A DNA stretch of 64,000 bases, from contig CAVSBO010000003.1 of the NCBI GenBank assembly GCA_963726195.1, positions 640,001 to 704,000 of the forward strand, written 5' to 3'. Source of the DNA: Candidatus Thorarchaeota archaeon (GTDB lineage Archaea > Asgardarchaeota > Thorarchaeia > Thorarchaeales > Thorarchaeaceae). The notes beneath the pieces were generated by a model. It was given only the letters and a program-made list of their open reading frames with translations. It did not search any database and was not told the DNA's origin. Position 1 is the stretch's first letter, and each line of letters opens with the position of its first letter. Shown in pieces: positions 51,628 through 64,000 of the stretch. The translations under genes were made by a program, and so were the position numbers.

Positions 51628-51734
51628 ACATCAGCGGGGCACGCTTGAGCCTGAATCATACTCAGCTGCTTTGCTCTCTGCTGCTAAGAAAATGAGTGTG
51701 TGTAGCCGGAGGGACCGGCTCACACCGTAAGCTG

Positions 51735-52163
51735 CTATTTCTTCTTCTTCTCTGCGAACTCTTTCTTGACCCACGCGTCGAGGCCACTCGCGCCTTGGAG
51801 AGTCTTGAGTTCAGCAGCAAGGTTCGTGGCTTCGATGATTGCCACCCATCCCTTTCCATATGGGTCTTGATTCAGGAGACCGGGGTTGGTCTTGAGTTCG
51901 TCGTTTATTGTTTTGAGTGTGCCACCTACTGGCGCCTTCACGGGTCCGGTCCACTTTCCTGACTCAAGAGTGCCTATGCTCTTCCCGGCTTCTATCTTGG
52001 CTCCGGCAGGCCGCAGGCGTACGAACTTAATCTTGCCCGCTAAATCCATGCCGAAAGTCGTGAAGCCTATCCGTACGTTGTTTCCGTCTTCCTTCTTCAA
52101 CCACAACTGGTCGGTTGTATAGTAAAGGGAGTCTGGGAAATCGAAGCCTTCGTACTTTACCAA
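51735..52163 (-). CDS. gcvH: glycine cleavage system H protein (lipoyl carrier)
   Basis: VRIGFT, LAGKIKFV, LESGKW (lipoyl Lys), LNQDPYGKGW; likely TTG start at 52163. Confidence 0.9.
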   Translation of the reverse strand: MVKYEGFDFPDSLYYTTDQLWLKKEDGNNVRIGFTTFGMDLAGKIKFVRLRPAGAKIEAGKSIGTLESGKWTGPVKAPVGGTLKTINDELKTNPGLLNQDPYGKGWVAIIEATNLAAELKTLQGASGLDAWVKKEFAEKKKK

Positions 52164-52319
52164 GTGATTGTCACCTGAACGGGCCTCAGTGAGAGAGCGA
52201 CTTAAGATAGTTTCGGACATAGGCGCTTTCAGACACCCTGAGAAGTGGTTTCGGTGGTTTTGGGGGTGCAGCATTCCATATGTAGAACGAGTGGTAGTTA
52301 TTACCTATTGTAAGAGCTA

Positions 52320-53096
52320 ATGGCTGAGATGGACAGACAACAAAGCCTTCCAGAGACCGTATTCCGCACAGCGGACCAGATGGCGCGCCGGATAGTAAGC
52401 ACCGGAAACGCCTCTCTCGACACTCTGCTAGGGGGAGGTCTCGAAATCGGTCTCATGCACCTCTTCTACGGAGACCGTTGCCTGACAGAAGACCTTCTGC
52501 GGGCCGCAGTCCAAGTGCAGCTTCCCGAAGAACGTGGAGGCATGAACAGTCCGACAATAATCATCGACAGCGCGAACATAATCAAGATAGAGAAGCTGAC
52601 TGATTTTTCCTTCGAGATGGGATTCGAACCAGAAGATGTGATGGATCACATCTACATATCTCGTGCCTTCAATTCATCGCAGACATACGACCTTGTGATG
52701 AACCAGCTGGAACAGTTCTTTGAGAGAGTGCCCGCACGGCTGCTAATCGTTTCTGGTCTCCCTGACCTCTACATTGCAGAAGGAACAACCGGAGAAGGCC
52801 TTCAGCAGATTTCGCACATGGCAACGAAGCTCATGGCGTTCACTCTTAATCGTGGGATAGCCACGTTGTTGTCTGCACCGGCTTCTGAAAGAAACCCCGA
52901 GCTGCCCGCTGGAGGCAGAACCCTTTCCAGCTGCGCTCAGGTACACATTCAGGTTGCTGAGAGCAAGGCCTACTTCAAGTATACACTCACTAAGCACCCA
53001 CAGTACTCTGTCAGACGAGCTTCGCGTTCAAAGCCGGTGTCATTTGGCACCACTCTCCCTCTCTCTTGCTTCCTAGATGAGAAAGAAAGAGAATAG
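52320..53096 (+). CDS. RadA/Rad51-like protein with degenerate ATPase motifs
   Basis: STGNASLDTLLGGGLEIG, VQLPEERGG, IYISRAFN. Walker A is replaced by YGDRCLT and Walker B by LLIVSG. Confidence 0.8.
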   Translation: MAEMDRQQSLPETVFRTADQMARRIVSTGNASLDTLLGGGLEIGLMHLFYGDRCLTEDLLRAAVQVQLPEERGGMNSPTIIIDSANIIKIEKLTDFSFEMGFEPEDVMDHIYISRAFNSSQTYDLVMNQLEQFFERVPARLLIVSGLPDLYIAEGTTGEGLQQISHMATKLMAFTLNRGIATLLSAPASERNPELPAGGRTLSSCAQVHIQVAESKAYFKYTLTKHPQYSVRRASRSKPVSFGTTLPLSCFLDEKERE

Positions 53097-53117
53097 AGAG
53101 GGACTCAGAGCCCTCTC
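53096..53117. terminator. hairpin between convergent genes
   Basis: GAGAGGG-actcagag-CCCTCTC inverted repeat. Confidence 0.5.
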
Positions 53118-53125
53118 AATGCTTC

Positions 53126-56100
53126 CTATTTTTCTCTCGTGAGACTCTTCACAAGTTCATCGATGAGATACTTGGGTAGCTTCTTGGCCTGTTCCATGAT
53201 GGTGTCGATTTCGTGAGCCGGCACTCCCTTCTGCTCGAGTTGCTTCTTCAACTCCTCGAGCTCGTACTGGCTCAGCTTCTCGCCCGTTACAATCTCCTCA
53301 GCACCGGCAGCCGGAGGCGCCCTCCTGAGCCCTTCGCCAGCTGGAGCAGGCACCTTAGGCTTCTCAGGCAGAAGGATTATGCGCTCTTCGGGGACTTCCT
53401 CGACGACTTCGGGGCCAGCCTTCTCACCCTGCGCCTCGCCCATTCTTTTCTCAGCTTGTACCTTGAGCTCTGCCATTACTTGGTCGAGTGTCTTGCCCTC
53501 GCGACGTGCAGTACGCAATGCTTCCTGGTTGATCACTTCTTTCACGAAGGCGGCCTGCTCGCTGATTTTCATTTTCGATATGTCAGCCTTGAAATCGTCC
53601 AGTTCTTGCTGGCTAAGATGAGTAAGCATTGATAGCTCGATCAGAAGCTCGCCCATCTCAGGGATTTCCACAACGACTGCCTCAGATGGCACTTGTACCG
53701 CAGTCTTGACCAGCTTCAATTCGACGAAGGTGTCGTTGTACAGGTCTGCCACCAGCTCCTGTCGTGACTTTACGCCAGTAATGGGCTTGGGCATCTTGCC
53801 CTTCCTGATTGACTTGATGAGACCGTTTATCTCGCGAAGCCGCTTCGGCACACTGAAGACTCTCAACCACAAGACAAACAAGGTCATTATTATGAAGAAA
53901 GCTGGAGCAGCGAACGTCACGGCGGTCGTCATGATCTTTTGAGTATCGGTTGGGAGGGCAGTGACGATGATTGACTTGGAACCACTAGAGAAGTTGCCCT
54001 TGGATAGAGTAATGTCAACATAGAGACGACTCTCCTGCAAGCCAATCGGAATGAGACCTGGGTCGGCGAAGATTGTGAGCTGGTACGTTCCACCGCCTAG
54101 GTCCGTGGTTGTTGTTACCAAGCCAGAACTCGCATGGATAGTGATGTTAGCATCCTCTATTCCTTGCCCGCCATGAAGAGACCAGTTGTCGTAATAATGG
54201 ATAGTGAATGTCTTGGTCTCTCCGTAGAACATGGAAAAGGCGTCACCCGGTAGCCCGTCAAATGTGAAAGCAGTTGGGACTGGGATAATCTTGATCAGGA
54301 GATCAATGTGTGCGTCCCGCCTATTGTCGATAGACAGGGTGAGGCTGAAGCGATATGCGTCTGCTTGAATCCTGAAATCGGTGGTGCGCAGGGTTAGCCT
54401 GTAGTAGCCCCCAAGGATACGCGCAAGGGTTTCATTTGTTCCGGAGGTGTAACCCGGATACAACCACGCATCGTACGAAGCGCCATCAATGCCGCCCCAG
54501 AAAGATGTGTTCTGTGGCCATACCGTGGCGTTGAAGAAGAACAGCAAACTGAGGTCATCGCCATACGCTACTTCGTAGAGCTTTTGTCTGGATCGTACAC
54601 CCCATTTTGGTAGTCCACCTTGATGGCAGTAGGTATCTTGCTTACTATCAGGTAGAATGATCCGGATGATGGCACGTAGTTGTCATAGTAGAACGAGAGA
54701 GTGATAGGATACGTACCCGGTTCAACGAGGGTAGTATCGATGAAGATGGAATACGTTCCATTGCCCAAGTATTTTGCATTGTGATGCCCATTGAGCCAGT
54801 AGTATGATGCGTTGACAATGTGGCCGAAGGAGACGTTGGCTATCCCAATCTTGGTATCACTATTCAAATAGCTGAAGTTAAAGGAACCGTTCCAGCCCCA
54901 ATACTTCTCCTGCGAAGTTGGTGCAATGACGGATGTAGGAATCCTCTGAATCACTACTATGACTACCGAGCCAGAGTCAGCGAATTGCGGGTCTTGGCTG
55001 TGGGCGGTTATCCAGAAAGTGTATGAAGTCGCGGCCAGCTCGGACGTGTTAAGCCAGTAGTAGTAGTGGCCGGGTGAGGATCCGTTGAGAGTGAAGAATC
55101 CGATCTTCTCGCCTGCGTGCCACATGACATCAGCATCAGAGCGGTAGTAGTCCGGATCACTCTGGGATAAGTTAGCAGTAACCCATACGCCGATTCTCAC
55201 CATTTCGGACCAGTAGAATGTCTTATTCACATACGTTGCAGTGCCACTATCTGGCCGGGTATACGTAGTTACCTGTGTGACAGCCAGCTGAATCGAGGTC
55301 GATGCAGTCTGATGGTTGGGCCTTGTGGCTACTATGGTAATCGTGTACAGATTGCCAACACCGGCCGCTGCCGTGCCTAGGACATACTCATAATGTCCGT
55401 CTCCCATGGAAGTCATATAATCTGTCCTTGCAACATCGAAGTGCCAAGATATGCTAACGACCGCATCGGTTACTGGCACGTTATTGTATGTGTCATTCAA
55501 GTATACAGTAATCGTCCAAGGCGCACCTCGCGGCAGCGTATTCGATAAGGCGTCCGGCGTGACGGATGTTGGTAGCATTTGAACGTTAAGTGAAATCTGA
55601 GCATCTGTCACAGCATAGTTGTTCTTGACCGCGTGCAGTGACACAGTGACGCTGCCCCACGACACGAGCGAAGTGTCAAGACTTACAGAGTAGTTCCCAC
55701 TTGGTGAGGTCGGAGCAAGGCTTCCTGAATGCGTTCCGAAAATGTAAGTAACCGTCACTCCTGATACGAGCACATGGTGTAGGGTGTCATTGATGAGGAC
55801 ATGAATGACAATCGAATCGCCCCAAAACACCGACGGACCTGCTTTGAGGTCGCTCGGGACTACGATGGAAATCGGAATGGCCTTGAGGAATATATCAACC
55901 AAGAGCACCTGTATCGTGTAGTTCGCCTTGGATGCCTGTATCTGCATCGTCTGAGAGCCAGTTGGCATCCCGGTGGTGGTGAAATTCACTCCGTATCGTC
56001 CTGAACCAAGGTACGTCCACGATGTGGTTGACCCCCAAGTGATGGTCAACGTAGCGCCCGCCAATCGTGTCCCAGAATCAGTGTCGGTAACGTTCACGAT

Positions 56101-59100
56101 GAGGAATGCGGGGTCGCCTGCATAGAGATTTGACGGGACGGACGCAACGGCCACCGCATTTCTGTATCGGACTTGGAACTGGACCTGTCGCTCCACCAGA
56201 GTACATGGATACCAGTTGAAGGTAATCTTCAATGATTTCAGGCCCGCAAGCCCTGAGTCAGAGATGTTCACAGTGATCCGGTACAGACCTCCACCTAGCT
56301 CAGTAAGTGTCCAAGTCTTGGGCTGGGCACCAGGAACGTAGATGACACTCACATTGCTCTTGGTCACGCCTGTGATACCGTGCAAATGATCGGTGTCTGT
56401 GAAGGTCACGTTGATTGACACGACCTCATAGTAGGGCACAGTTGAAGGAACCGGTACGCCTGCCGCCAGGTCAGCCGAAATCAACCTGACTGTGCCACCG
56501 ATGGACCGAGGAGTCTGGTTAGAGTAGTACGGCACGGTGGCTGCGTTCCACAGGACTGCCAAGGTAAACGTGTATGACCGTATTCCTAGGAGCCTATTCG
56601 TATTCAGGCGAATGGTGTAGGTGCCGGTGTTCACGCCAGTGCCTTTCACAAGTGTGTAGTCGGTACCTACTTGGAGACCCGGTTTCTGGACGCAATCGAA
56701 TTGCACGATGGCATTTGCTATGCCCACGCCTGTATCAAGATCCTTGTAGTAGAACGTGAGATTCAGGAGGTCACCCATAGGAGTGTTGTCTATCGGGTTC
56801 CAAGTGAGGGCCCCCACCCTGTTCGTCGTGGTGATTCGAACAATGGTTGTAGCATTTGCGTAGTAGGGCACGACATTAAGCCAGTAGACTTTCACCGTTA
56901 TCTGGTAGTTCGTGAGCAAATGACTACTCAGTATAGTCGAGTTGATAGTTATGTCATATGTACCAGCAACAGAACCTGTTGCAACGCTGTATTGACCGGA
57001 GGTCAGATACTTTGTGCCATTGAGAATGAGAATGTTGCTTGATATGCCGTTGATGTAGTATCTTCTTTCGACGTCCGAGTACGCAATAGTGAATACGACG
57101 TTGTCAAGGTAACGTGTTAGTGATGGCGGCGTCACAACATCAACCGTTGTGATTCTCCGAATTACCCCGATATCGACGGACCTCGAATTGTTGGCGTAGT
57201 ACGGAGTCCCAAACCAAGTCGCATAGGCGACTACCGTTGTCGTGGTGATGCCATCCAGCACTGTTGAGTTCACAGAGATGGCCCACACTCCAGCCGAAGT
57301 CTGGACCGCTAAGTATTGTGAACCTAGCGTCAGAAGCGTGCCATTCTTCTTCAAAGAGATCGTGGCAGACCCGATGCCTTTCCCACCAGCATCTGCATCT
57401 AGGTATGTGAGTGTGAAATTGGCGTAGTCAAGATACGGGGTTGACGAGGGTGAGGAAGCACTCAGACTTGTTACCCTTGAGCGCAGCTGGAATGTGATGT
57501 ACGCATCATCCCAAGCATAGAATGGGACCTGATTCGCATAAGTCATGTTGATATGCAGTGTGTAGACCGTACCAAGTTTCAGCCCAGCGTGATTGTATGT
57601 GGAGACTGTAAGGAGGTAGTAGCCGAACGCGGGCTGCCAAGAACAGACAAAGAGCCAGCTGGTTCCATTGAGTATCCGAATTGAAGTCAGTCCTGTGCCG
57701 TTCCCAATCGACGTGAGCCTGAGCAAATCCTGATAGTGGACCTTTACCTGAATTGAAGAGTTGTAAGCGACCTGGTCTATCGGCTCGGACGAGAGAAGCG
57801 TAACCCGCTGCATTATGTTGAACTGTTTTGTTGAATTAGCGATGGGCATGTAGAACTCTGGTCTTGTGAGGACTATCCTTAGTGAATAGATACCCGGAGA
57901 CGACTTGTAGGTTGTGTTGAGCTGGATGGAGTAGCTTCCTCCTCCGGCCGCCGTGACCTTGTATTTGCTTGCAGATATGGGAATTACCCCATCGTAGAGC
58001 GTGACGGTCGCCCCGTTTATTCCCTGAGAGGTGCCAGTCACATCAGTCCAAGTCACAACAAATGTGACGTTATCAAGATAAGATGTCGGAGCAGGAGTCT
58101 GATAGTCCAAGACTGCCTGTCGAGCAATCACCACTAAACTCATTGACTGACCAGTCCGGTTGCCATAGAACGGTGACCCGGCCCAAGTTATGTTCATTGT
58201 AAAGGACTTCGAACCAAGCGGCGCAAGTCCTATCGGAGACTGACTACAGTTGAAGGACACGGTGAACAGCTTCGTGACGCTGTTGTAGCTGAGGGTGTAG
58301 CTGAGAGAGGCTCAGCTTGATTGTCATCTTCACGTTGTTAGCGATGGGTACGTTGCCGCCTCCAGTGACATCATCAAACGCGAACGTGAACGTCGCGTTC
58401 TGGCCCCATGCTGTGGGCGACGGCGGAGTTGTGATAGACACGAGCGTGTCTCGCGGCTGAATGCGAACTGAAATCACATCAGTACGGTTGGTGTAGAAGG
58501 GCGACACACCCTTGGTCCAATTGATGAACACGTTCATGTATATGAGACCGGTGTGAGTGAACAGTGTCGTATTGAAACGAATAGAGTAGTTTCCTCCACT
58601 TATCCACCAGATCTTGACTTTCGACAGGTTCACCGATTCACCTTGGAAGACAACCCTGATATGCACATTGCCGGAACTGTTGTCAATGCCAGTGCCGCTG
58701 AGTTGAGCGTAGAGGAACACGTAGCTCATATTGTTGAGATATGCGGTCGGCTCAGCTGCCACGAGCAATGTGTATTTGGAGTCTGTACCGACGAGATTGA
58801 CGCTTGTCGACAGGGTCTTGTTCAAGTACTTGTAGACAGACCCCGTCCAGTTGAAGTAAATCGTGAAAGTCCGGAGACCTAGACCAGCAAACTGAGATGC
58901 AGGAATCCTGATGATGTAGAAGCCAGCTCCTAGGACTGTGTCATTGTACAATGTTGAACTCACAGAGCCTGTTGAGTTGGTTACTTTGTGGTGAACATAG
59001 CTTGACTTGATACCAGCAACGTTGTCAAGGTCACCGTAGTACACTGATACGTTGATCATACCGTTGTAGGATGTGGGCTGAACGGCACTGACCAGCCGAA

Positions 59101-62100
59101 AATCAGTGTTGTGTGTTCGAATCGTAATTGTGATGTTGAAGATGCCGAACTGATAGTTGACACCCTTTGAGAAGTTGAAAGTCACTACATAGTTTGACCT
59201 CAAGGTGTCAGTGTCGAAAGTTGTGAATGTGATGCTGTATCTCTGCTCCGCAGGAACATATGTTGCGGTCAGGCCCCTAATCCACGTGGTGGCCATCGTG
59301 GCGCCTGATATTGGCTGGTTGCGGTCTGTGTCCCGGAAGCTCATATAGAAGACGGGACTGTTGCCAACAGGAATGTCAAGTGTGCCGACTGTCGGAATAG
59401 CCGAAGTGTAGGCAATTCTGATTGTCAAAGTAAATGTCAGACTTCTTTGTCTCATATTGAGGTGCAGATGCGGTCAAGTTGAAGACACGGTCTCCCTTGG
59501 CTAGACCCGTAACGTTCAACATCAACTGATAGATGCCGCCGCCCAAGTTCTGAATCCCATAAATCGTAATGCCTTGAGCCGTCACGGTTGCTGTGGTGAT
59601 ACCCCTGTTCCGGTCCACATCTGTGTAGTTCAAAGTGACTGCAATGTCAATCCCGTAGGGCGTGGTAACGTGTGGGTAGTTTGCAGACGACAGGTAGCTT
59701 CGGGCTGGTCGGTAGCTGAACGATATCACGAGCGAAGCTGTGCCATAGTTCGGGTTTGATGGCGTAACGGTTATGGTGATTGTATAGAAATTCATGTTGA
59801 GATATGCACTGCTTATGGTAAGGTTGTACCTGCCATTACCCAGCGCTGTGACAGTCTTCGGGAAGGTGTATGTCGAGTTCTTTACCGTAAACTCTGCTGC
59901 AGTGATGCCATTGATTGGATTGCCATTGTATTGGTTGCCCAGTTCGCTCACATTGAAACGCAGGATGATACTGAAACTGTCTCCGCTCGGGAAGACCAGG
60001 TCGCTGGGCTCGTTGTAGAGATAAGTTCCCAAGCTCACAATTGTGATCGAGAATGTATACGAGGCCGTATCGTAGAACTTGTTTGTCTGCACGCATGTCA
60101 CTGTTAGAGTAATGCTATGCGCGCCAACTGACCAAGTGCGAGTGTCCAGTCTATGAGTATAGTTAGTGAAAGTCTGAGTCCCGAGAGCGCCAGCGTTGTA
60201 CGATACGCCGTTTGTTGTAACGTTACCTATTGGAACTTGGATGGCGTTGTCCAAGTCCGTGAAGACAACGGTAACACGAGTGTAGTTTCCGTAAGGTGAC
60301 AGCATTCCTCCACTGACGGACAGCGACGTGCGATGAGCCCTGATTTGAATACTGAATGTACTTGACGCGGCGTCATAGTACTTGTTAGAGGTGATGCAGG
60401 TTGCTGACACGCCGGTGGACACTGAGCCAACAGTCCATGTGCTCGTAGTAAGAGTAGGAGAATAGCTGACGGCTGGAGTCTGAGTCCCGTAACCGGTTGG
60501 AGTGTATTGAATGCTCGAGACATTCGCCAAGGGAACCTGAACAGCCGAATCTGTATCCCAGAACACAACACTGACAGCTGTATTGTAACCCCAAGGGGTC
60601 GGAGCTGCAACGGAAGCTGAAAGCATCGTATGGTGCGCACGGATCGTTATCACAAAGCTGCCAGCGGCTGAATCGTAGTACTTGTTAGAGGTGACACAAG
60701 TAACTGAAACGCCGGTGGATACTGACCCAATAGTCCACGTGCTCGTAGTGAGGGTGGGAGTATAGCTGACAGTGGGAGTCTGGGTTCCGTAACCGGTGGG
60801 AGTGTACTGAATGGTCGAGACGTTGGCTATTGGTACTGCAGATCCAGTATCTGTGTCCTTGAAGGTGACTGTGATTGGCGTGTTGGACCCCCACGGGGTT
60901 GAAGAGCTTGTCACGGCGCTTACCGTCGTGTGGTGAGGCCTAATCGTGATAGTGAAGCTACTGCTTGCCGAGCTATAGAACTTGTTTGAGGTCACGCATG
61001 TTGCCGTCACAGTGGTCGAGACCGATCCAACTGTCCATGTGTTTGTGGTTAGGGTGGGAGTATAGCTGTTGGCTGGAGTCTGAGTTCCATAACCGGTGGG
61101 AGTGTACTGAATGGTCGAGAACGTTGGCTATTGGTACTGCAGATCCAGTATCTGTATCCCTGAAGGTGACTGTCACAAGCGTATTGAATCCCCACGCGGT
61201 GGAGTTGGCCACCACAGCTGAGATTGTCGTGAAGTGTGCCCTTACTACTAGGGTGACGATTTCCCAAGAGCTCTTGTAGTTCGCATTGTTGGAATTCACT
61301 GTAACGTTGAGGCTATAGCTCTTGACTGTGAGGCCGCTTGAAAGGTATGCGAACATGTAACTGCTTCCATAGGATGTGCCGTTCACAGTGATACTGCTGA
61401 TGTAACCTGAAGCTGAGATGTTGACCCCTCCACCGTCAACATCATACCATGTCACAGTGAATCCGGAGTTGAATCCCCATGGTACTGGGGTAGTGTACTT
61501 GGAGACCACGCTCGTCGTCCGGGGCACGATTGTCAAGGAAATCCGAATAATGCTGCTGTAGTAGTTCGATTTTGACAGTGTAATATTGATCAAGTAGGTT
61601 CCGACAGCCTTGGTGCCAACGTTAATGCTGACTGTGTACTTGCCGCTACCAGAATCAGATACAGTCGCTACGATACCTGACGGGTTCTGGACCGAATTCG
61701 ACGCCCCGGCTATTCCGGCAAACGAGTGATCTGTATCGTTGTAAGTGACAATCTTCGATGTGCTAATCGAGTATGGTGTTGACGCTGAACTTCCGCCTAT
61801 ACCATAAGTTGTAGTGTAGATGTTGCGTACCGTGAACTTGATGCTGACATTGCCAGCCAGAAGGTATGTGCTGCTAGGTGTAGCCTTAATGAAATACACG
61901 TAGTCGCCGACACTCAGGCCTCCCTGCAACGTCACAGTGTAGCTGCCGTTACCGTGGTCTGTGGTACCTACTATTGTGCGGTTAGATGAGATTGTGGCAC
62001 CTGAGATCTTCGCCAAGGAGAAAGCATCGTACAGAGTCACCTTGACGACGAAGTTGTCGCCGTATGGCGCAGAGGCTGGTGTACTATACGTCAAGAAGGT

Positions 62101-64000
62101 CGAATGACTGAGGTCCAAGTTCATGTAGGTGGATGAAGCTGTGTAGTACTGCTTTGAGGCAGCGAAATTGATTCTCCATCGTTTGGCAGTGCCTAGATCA
62201 GTTGTATTCATTGTCTTCTCGTAGTAACCGTTGCCCAGGTCGTCCAGAGTTATCGTGCTCGGACTTGTCCAGTTCATGGTGACCGTTGCACCGCTCACCA
62301 GAGCTGAATTATCCGTGTCAGTGAGTTTCACCTGAACGTACAACAGGTTGCCCACTATCTTCGATGAAGTCTGAGTAGAAGGCGATATCAGGCTGAGACC
62401 TGTGGCATGTTTCACCGTGAAACTGGCGCTATCTCTACCCACTGTCACGGGAAAAGCCTTTGTGCTATTGAAGTTCACATCTGCATACCAAACCCCTGCC
62501 GCCCATGAACTTGTAACAGTAACCCCGGTCCATTCGAAATAACCACTACCATCTTGTGAAGGATCGTCTGCTGCATAGAAAACCTGACCGTTGGGGGCTG
62601 TAAGGAGAAGGCGCTCGGTCGAATTGCTAATAATCGAAGCTCCGCCCCTGAAACATGAGGCATTCCCGACATAGTACGTATACGTGCTTGAGTAGCTACC
62701 GCCGTTGATTCCACACCGCAAACCTGATGTCACTTTGACAGCCGTTAAGACGAATTTCCATATTCCAAAAACGTCCACCACAGAGGATTTTGCCCGTACT
62801 TCGCTGCTCGAAATGGTTACCTCGGACGTTCGAGTTGAACCGTCAGCGTCGGTCACACTGGAAAGAGTCCACGAAGACGGTTTGCTAAGCGACACGTTTG
62901 TGTAAGACACGCCAGCTGGAGGAGAAATCAGAACGTTGGCAGTCCAAGTCACTACCGACCCGTTTGATACGCTAAAGGTCGTGCCAACGTTGTAGCTGTT
63001 GTCAAGAGTACTAAGAGTGGTAGTGATGTTGGCACTAGCGGCTGTATCGAGTGTCACTGCTGACGCAGAAGTGGTACTGTAGCCGACAGACAGCGTTCTT
63101 GGACCGGCCCAAGATCCTGATACTGTATACTTCTCGGGCAAGGCGGCAGGAGTCACGTAGTTCACAAATACGCGTGCTAGGTGACTGCCATCATATCCAG
63201 TTGTGCCCTTTATGGCATTGTAGCATTGGTAGTAGGTCGAATAGGTGAAGTTGAGCATTATGCAGATGTAGTTGCCGCTTGACCATCCAGCCCTCGTCAC
63301 AACCTTCTGTATTGGGCCCGAGATATCAGGGGAGGCATATCTTGTATCCGCCACCCATCCGGTTGGATTCCAGTCAATGCTTGTTGACATCCATGTGTAC
63401 CTAGCCTCCAAGTGAGGAAGACCAGCAGTGAATGCCGAAACGGTGTCTGCATCTGCAAGGTAGATTCTCATATTGGGTGTGTTGCTGGTCCCTGCAGATT
63501 CGACTTCGAGATAGGCAGACGTGATTCCAGCTCCCTTCGGAATACTCAACGGAAACTGCAAACCGACTTGATAAGTCGAGGCAACATTAAAGGCTGATGA
63601 ATCCCAAATACCCACATCCAAAATGCCATCGTCAGCATATCCGTTCAAATCGACACCTGTGCTAGTATCATCATAACAGTCCCTGCTGGCACTGTCTGGT
63701 ACGTATGGGGACACACTTCCAGAAGAAGAACCAGTCACTGTGGTACCGTTCGCTTTCAGAGTGATTTGCTCTGGAAAAGGCCGCACCTGCAAGAGGAATT
63801 CAATATCGTCAAGAAGAACCTCACTTGTACGTGCGTTGGCTTGGGCTCCGCTGAGGTCAGTTGCCAGACCAACGTCGAGAGTCACTTGGCAGGGCACAGA
63901 AGTGGTGAGAAAGGCCGACGCTGGTATGTTTGCTGAACCCTGAAGCCACGTGTCTACCGCGTCACTGGCTTCAAAGACGAACATCTTGACCATAGTGCTT
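53126..64000 (-). CDS. giant (>3,600 aa) Thr/Ser/Val-rich Ig-like repeat surface protein with a C-terminal TM and a cytoplasmic domain; 5' end outside the window; four apparent frameshifts
   Basis: ORFs 60973-63993, 59376-61010, 58244-59455, 54568-58260 and 53126-54547 join at indels near 61121, 59445, 58305 and 54583. Repeated DxD...I..A...G.Y.I beta-sandwich units with many NxS/T sequons. Confidence 0.85.
60070..61250 (-). repeat. about four tandem 300-bp (100-aa) repeats inside the giant gene
   Basis: tagtacttgttagaggtga and variants recur near 60073, 60376, 60676 and 60976; aaccggt(t/g)ggagtgta(t/c)tgaatg recurs near 60491, 60791 and 61091. Confidence 0.9.

Noticed and set aside
1890-61121. 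Programmed frameshifting or mass pseudogenisation
   Set aside because: There is no consistent slippery motif, the breaks affect unrelated genes, and a repeat-copy comparison shows a lone extra base. Sequencing error is simpler.
1-64000. tRNA, rRNA, SRP or RNase P RNA, transposases or integrases
   Set aside because: No diagnostic motifs were seen by eye; tRNAscan-SE or Infernal would be needed to exclude them formally.

Overview
Gene-dense, roughly 52-53% GC archaeal chromosome segment. The gene content (RFC small subunit, Cdc6/Orc1, RadA-like, RpoM/TFS-like, giant Ig-like surface protein, many peptidases) suggests an Asgard archaeon, probably Thorarchaeia; this is an inference. No rRNA, tRNA, CRISPR array or mobile element was recognised. 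About a dozen genes are split by small indels, often in homopolymer or dinucleotide runs, most likely long-read assembly error. The standout locus is 24.1-29.8 kb. A DUF2207-like single-pass membrane protein ends in a 49-aa tail with 11 Cys and 9 His ((CHSA)n repeats). It abuts a metallophosphoesterase gene and sits near a divergently transcribed radical SAM enzyme carrying a PqqD/RRE domain and a SPASM domain. This looks like a RiPP-type modification system whose substrate is the cytoplasmic tail of a membrane protein. Other notable items are several apparently catalytically dead informational paralogues (RadA-like retaining the FxxA motif, Cdc6/Orc1 lacking the Walker A Lys, TFS lacking the C-terminal ribbon), an XPB with a p52/Tfb2-like partner, a CTL/SLC44-like transporter, an eroded duplicate of an Old Yellow Enzyme gene, three tandem paralogous membrane proteins, and a >3,600-aa surface protein running off the right edge.
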